From Limisphaerales bacterium (GTDB taxonomy: Bacteria > Verrucomicrobiota > Verrucomicrobiia > Limisphaerales > JAJOIW01): DNA of 64,000 nt. Each line of letters begins with the position of its first letter. Within the stretch, counting starts at the first letter, position 1. The translations under genes and the position numbers were made by a program. Positions 61,686 to 64,000 of the stretch are shown piece after piece. The notes below the pieces were generated by a model, which was not told the origin of the DNA, ran no database searches, and worked only from the letters and a program-made list of their open reading frames with translations. The stretch is taken from NCBI GenBank assembly GCA_965657355.1, contig CBFHOE010000005.1, positions 64,001 through 128,000 of the forward strand. Reading direction: 5' to 3'.

Positions 61686-64000
61686 TTTTGGAGAAATTCA
61701 AAAAGATCCGCAATTTCTTGATCAGAAAATGAATCCAACAAACCTTCAGGCATAAGAGAATTTTGGGACCTAGATATTTCTAAAATGCTAGATTTTGGGA
61801 TTGTTCTCATCTGCCCTCCCAGTTCCCGAATCAAAATACTTTCCTTCCTTTCATTTACGAGAAAACCGGAATAGACGGATCCTATTTGATCCCTTCCGAT
61901 TTGATTTTTACGGAGCCTCTTGGTTTTGACCGATGCAAGTTCAAAACCTTCACGAATGGCGAGATTAGGTTGAATGATAGAAGTCGTTAAATAATCCAAA
62001 TCATCTCTCTCATACCCTGTTAAATCTGGTCCTAAATTGGATCCGATGTCCTTAATTCTATGACATGCACCACAGTGCTGCAGGAAGAGGTTTTTACCAT
62101 TTTCCAAAGATTTTCTAGGTAGTGCAGCTGCTCTTAAGACCTTGGTGGTCATACTGGAAATATTTTGAGATTTTTTGGTCTTTAACCAAATTTTTTCAAA
62201 ATTATCAATGAGCGATGGCTTGAGGTTTCTTTTCAAAACCATTTGATTCTGGTAGTTCACAAGATCCTTCTCGATTAAATTTTTCTCCAATGCAGCAACC
62301 ATTTGCTCAGCCCAAGGACCATAGCCAACTAAAGCACCTATGATCTGATGGTTTATTGGGTCGGTATCACTTAGAAGGCTTATAAATTGGCTTCCAAATT
62401 CCTTTTGCGGAAATTGTCTGAGATAAGACAAAGCGGACAACCTTATATTTAAACCATTATTAATGTCTGAAATGAGCTGAAGACAGAGGCCTTCTAGAAG
62501 ATCAGATGGAACATGCGAAATTAGCCTTAGGATTTGGGCTCTTTCATCCTCATCGTTGTTCGAATCTTTTATAATATTAATAGCCTGTTGGATAAGTTTT
62601 CCTTTTGTTGGATCTCCAAGTTTAATCCCAAGTTTTAGTATGTTGGTATCGTTTGGATATTGAGCTGTCAGCAATCGCAGTCTTGTCGACAATTCTTCAG
62701 GCACCTGTCTGATGGATTGTCCCTGAAGAGATTTTTCAATGCCCGATACGGCCTTAACAAGCATATCTTGGTCTTTGATTCCGCCAAGCAGGTTGGATAA
62801 ATACACTAAATTTTCAGTGGTAGGATCAGATACTGCGCGACGCACTAAATTCTCAAAAATCGAATTTCTAAAAAATGAACTTTCCGATAAAAATTTATTC
62901 TTCTGGATGAATTTCGTTAAAGCTATCGGTCGCTGAGTATAGCTTTTCTCAACAGCCCACCATGCAAAGCTCCTTATGGTTTGATCTTTCTGTAGTTCCT
63001 CTCTTTTCAGGATTTCCCGAACAATCAAATTATTGATTTCAGGAGCCCTTCTTTTAGCACTGCATAAAAGCTGAGTAAGAACTTCTTTGTTGTTTTCTGT
63101 TCCGGCATGATAGACCCACTCATTTCTTATCGACTGACTTAGTGGCTCTGACTTATCACCAAGAAGTCTAATTGCCCACATACGAGTCGGAGCATATTTA
63201 TGAGCCATCGCATTAATCCACAGAGACTCATTCATTTTATCGAGAGCATGAAGAACCCACAATGCTTCCAGTGAAGTCTGTTTTTCTTTTTTGCGAAGCA
63301 AAATTGATAATGGATCAACAATGGAATTATCCTGCTTCTCGATTATCAGTCTTCTGGCGGTATCCCTATGCCACTTATTGTCATGACTGAGGTAAGGAAT
63401 GAGCTGAGAAGAAGATAATTCACTGAGATCAGAATTATTAGTCGAAGGAGCCGTTTTTGAGTAAATCCGATAAACTCTGCCATGTTCCCTGTCCCAATTA
63501 TCTCTTGGGTCGAGGTGCGTAATTCGGGCATCGTAAAAATCAGAAACATATAGTGCTCCGTCTGGGCCCGTCGTTATATGGATTGGGCGAAACCATTTAT
63601 GATCAGTCTCAATAGTCTTGTGCATTTCCCGAGTCGTAAAACTACTTCCATCTGCGACTCGATCTAAAGCCATCACAAGATTCGCCAGTGGGTTTACCCC
63701 AATCAATTTATCTTTGTATTCAGGGATGGTATGCCCGCCATATATGATCCATTGATGAACCATTCGCCGAGTATCTCCCTCCAAATTCAGCCCGCCCAAA
63801 TAATCAAAAGCATACGGGTTGTTGTGAGGCCCATGTTTTCCAAAATTCTTTTGGTAGTATCCCCCCTGGTAAAAGTATACCGCCTGCATACCTCCATTTG
63901 TTCCAGAAAATAAACGACCCTGATCATCGAATTCTAAACCAAAATTATTCCATCCCCCCTCCGCAAAAAGTTCAAATCGAAACTCTTTAGGGTGATAACG
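61679..64000 (-). CDS. PVC-type heme-binding CxxCH protein (5' end beyond the window)
   Basis: The frame stays open upstream of Met 63889 to position 64000 (RYHP..FELFAEGGWNNFG). Motifs WFRP...GPDGALYVSDFYD, GRVYRI, CGACH...GPDLTG, SLMPEGLL. Confidence 0.88.
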   Translation of the reverse strand, partial: RYHPKEFRFELFAEGGWNNFGLEFDDQGRLFSGTNGGMQAVYFYQGGYYQKNFGKHGPHNNPYAFDYLGGLNLEGDTRRMVHQWIIYGGHTIPEYKDKLIGVNPLANLVMALDRVADGSSFTTREMHKTIETDHKWFRPIHITTGPDGALYVSDFYDARITHLDPRDNWDREHGRVYRIYSKTAPSTNNSDLSELSSSQLIPYLSHDNKWHRDTARRLIIEKQDNSIVDPLSILLRKKEKQTSLEALWVLHALDKMNESLWINAMAHKYAPTRMWAIRLLGDKSEPLSQSIRNEWVYHAGTENNKEVLTQLLCSAKRRAPEINNLIVREILKREELQKDQTIRSFAWWAVEKSYTQRPIALTKFIQKNKFLSESSFFRNSIFENLVRRAVSDPTTENLVYLSNLLGGIKDQDMLVKAVSGIEKSLQGQSIRQVPEELSTRLRLLTAQYPNDTNILKLGIKLGDPTKGKLIQQAINIIKDSNNDEDERAQILRLISHVPSDLLEGLCLQLISDINNGLNIRLSALSYLRQFPQKEFGSQFISLLSDTDPINHQIIGALVGYGPWAEQMVAALEKNLIEKDLVNYQNQMVLKRNLKPSLIDNFEKIWLKTKKSQNISSMTTKVLRAAALPRKSLENGKNLFLQHCGACHRIKDIGSNLGPDLTGYERDDLDYLTTSIIQPNLAIREGFELASVKTKRLRKNQIGRDQIGSVYSGFLVNERKESILIRELGGQMRTIPKSSILEISRSQNSLMPEGLLDSFSDQEIADLFEFLQNY

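Overview
This is a 64-kb, densely coding, AT-leaning bacterial chromosome segment. It is most consistent with a free-living Verrucomicrobiota (PVC) genome; that assignment is an inference from PEP-CTERM proteins, PVC-type CxxCH heme proteins, long-form IspG, futalosine-pathway MqnD, two sulfatases and a verrucomicrobial-type C-terminal sorting motif. Housekeeping content includes glnS (partial), ispG-rseP-dxr-cdsA-uppS-purA, bioF-bioA, mqnD, mnmE and prmC. I found no rRNA, tRNA, CRISPR array or transposase. Most notable: (1) a co-oriented cluster linking an aromatic-repeat envelope protein, an MlaE/MlaF/MCE lipid transporter, a DCC-type thiol oxidoreductase and a DxDD squalene-hopene-cyclase-like enzyme, a candidate triterpenoid make-and-export locus; (2) a promoter followed by a terminator directly upstream of purA, a candidate new attenuator; (3) several intergenic structured-RNA candidates; (4) an apparently ORF-free 1.7 kb that is largely a decayed DUF4910-type pseudogene in an eroding glycan island; (5) a 1.7-kb near-perfect tandem duplication that is probably an assembly or haplotype artefact; (6) an alpha-2-macroglobulin whose thioester Cys codon reads Ser; and (7) a ClpX paralogue lacking the zinc-binding domain. 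All family assignments come from motif recognition by eye; no database searches were run.
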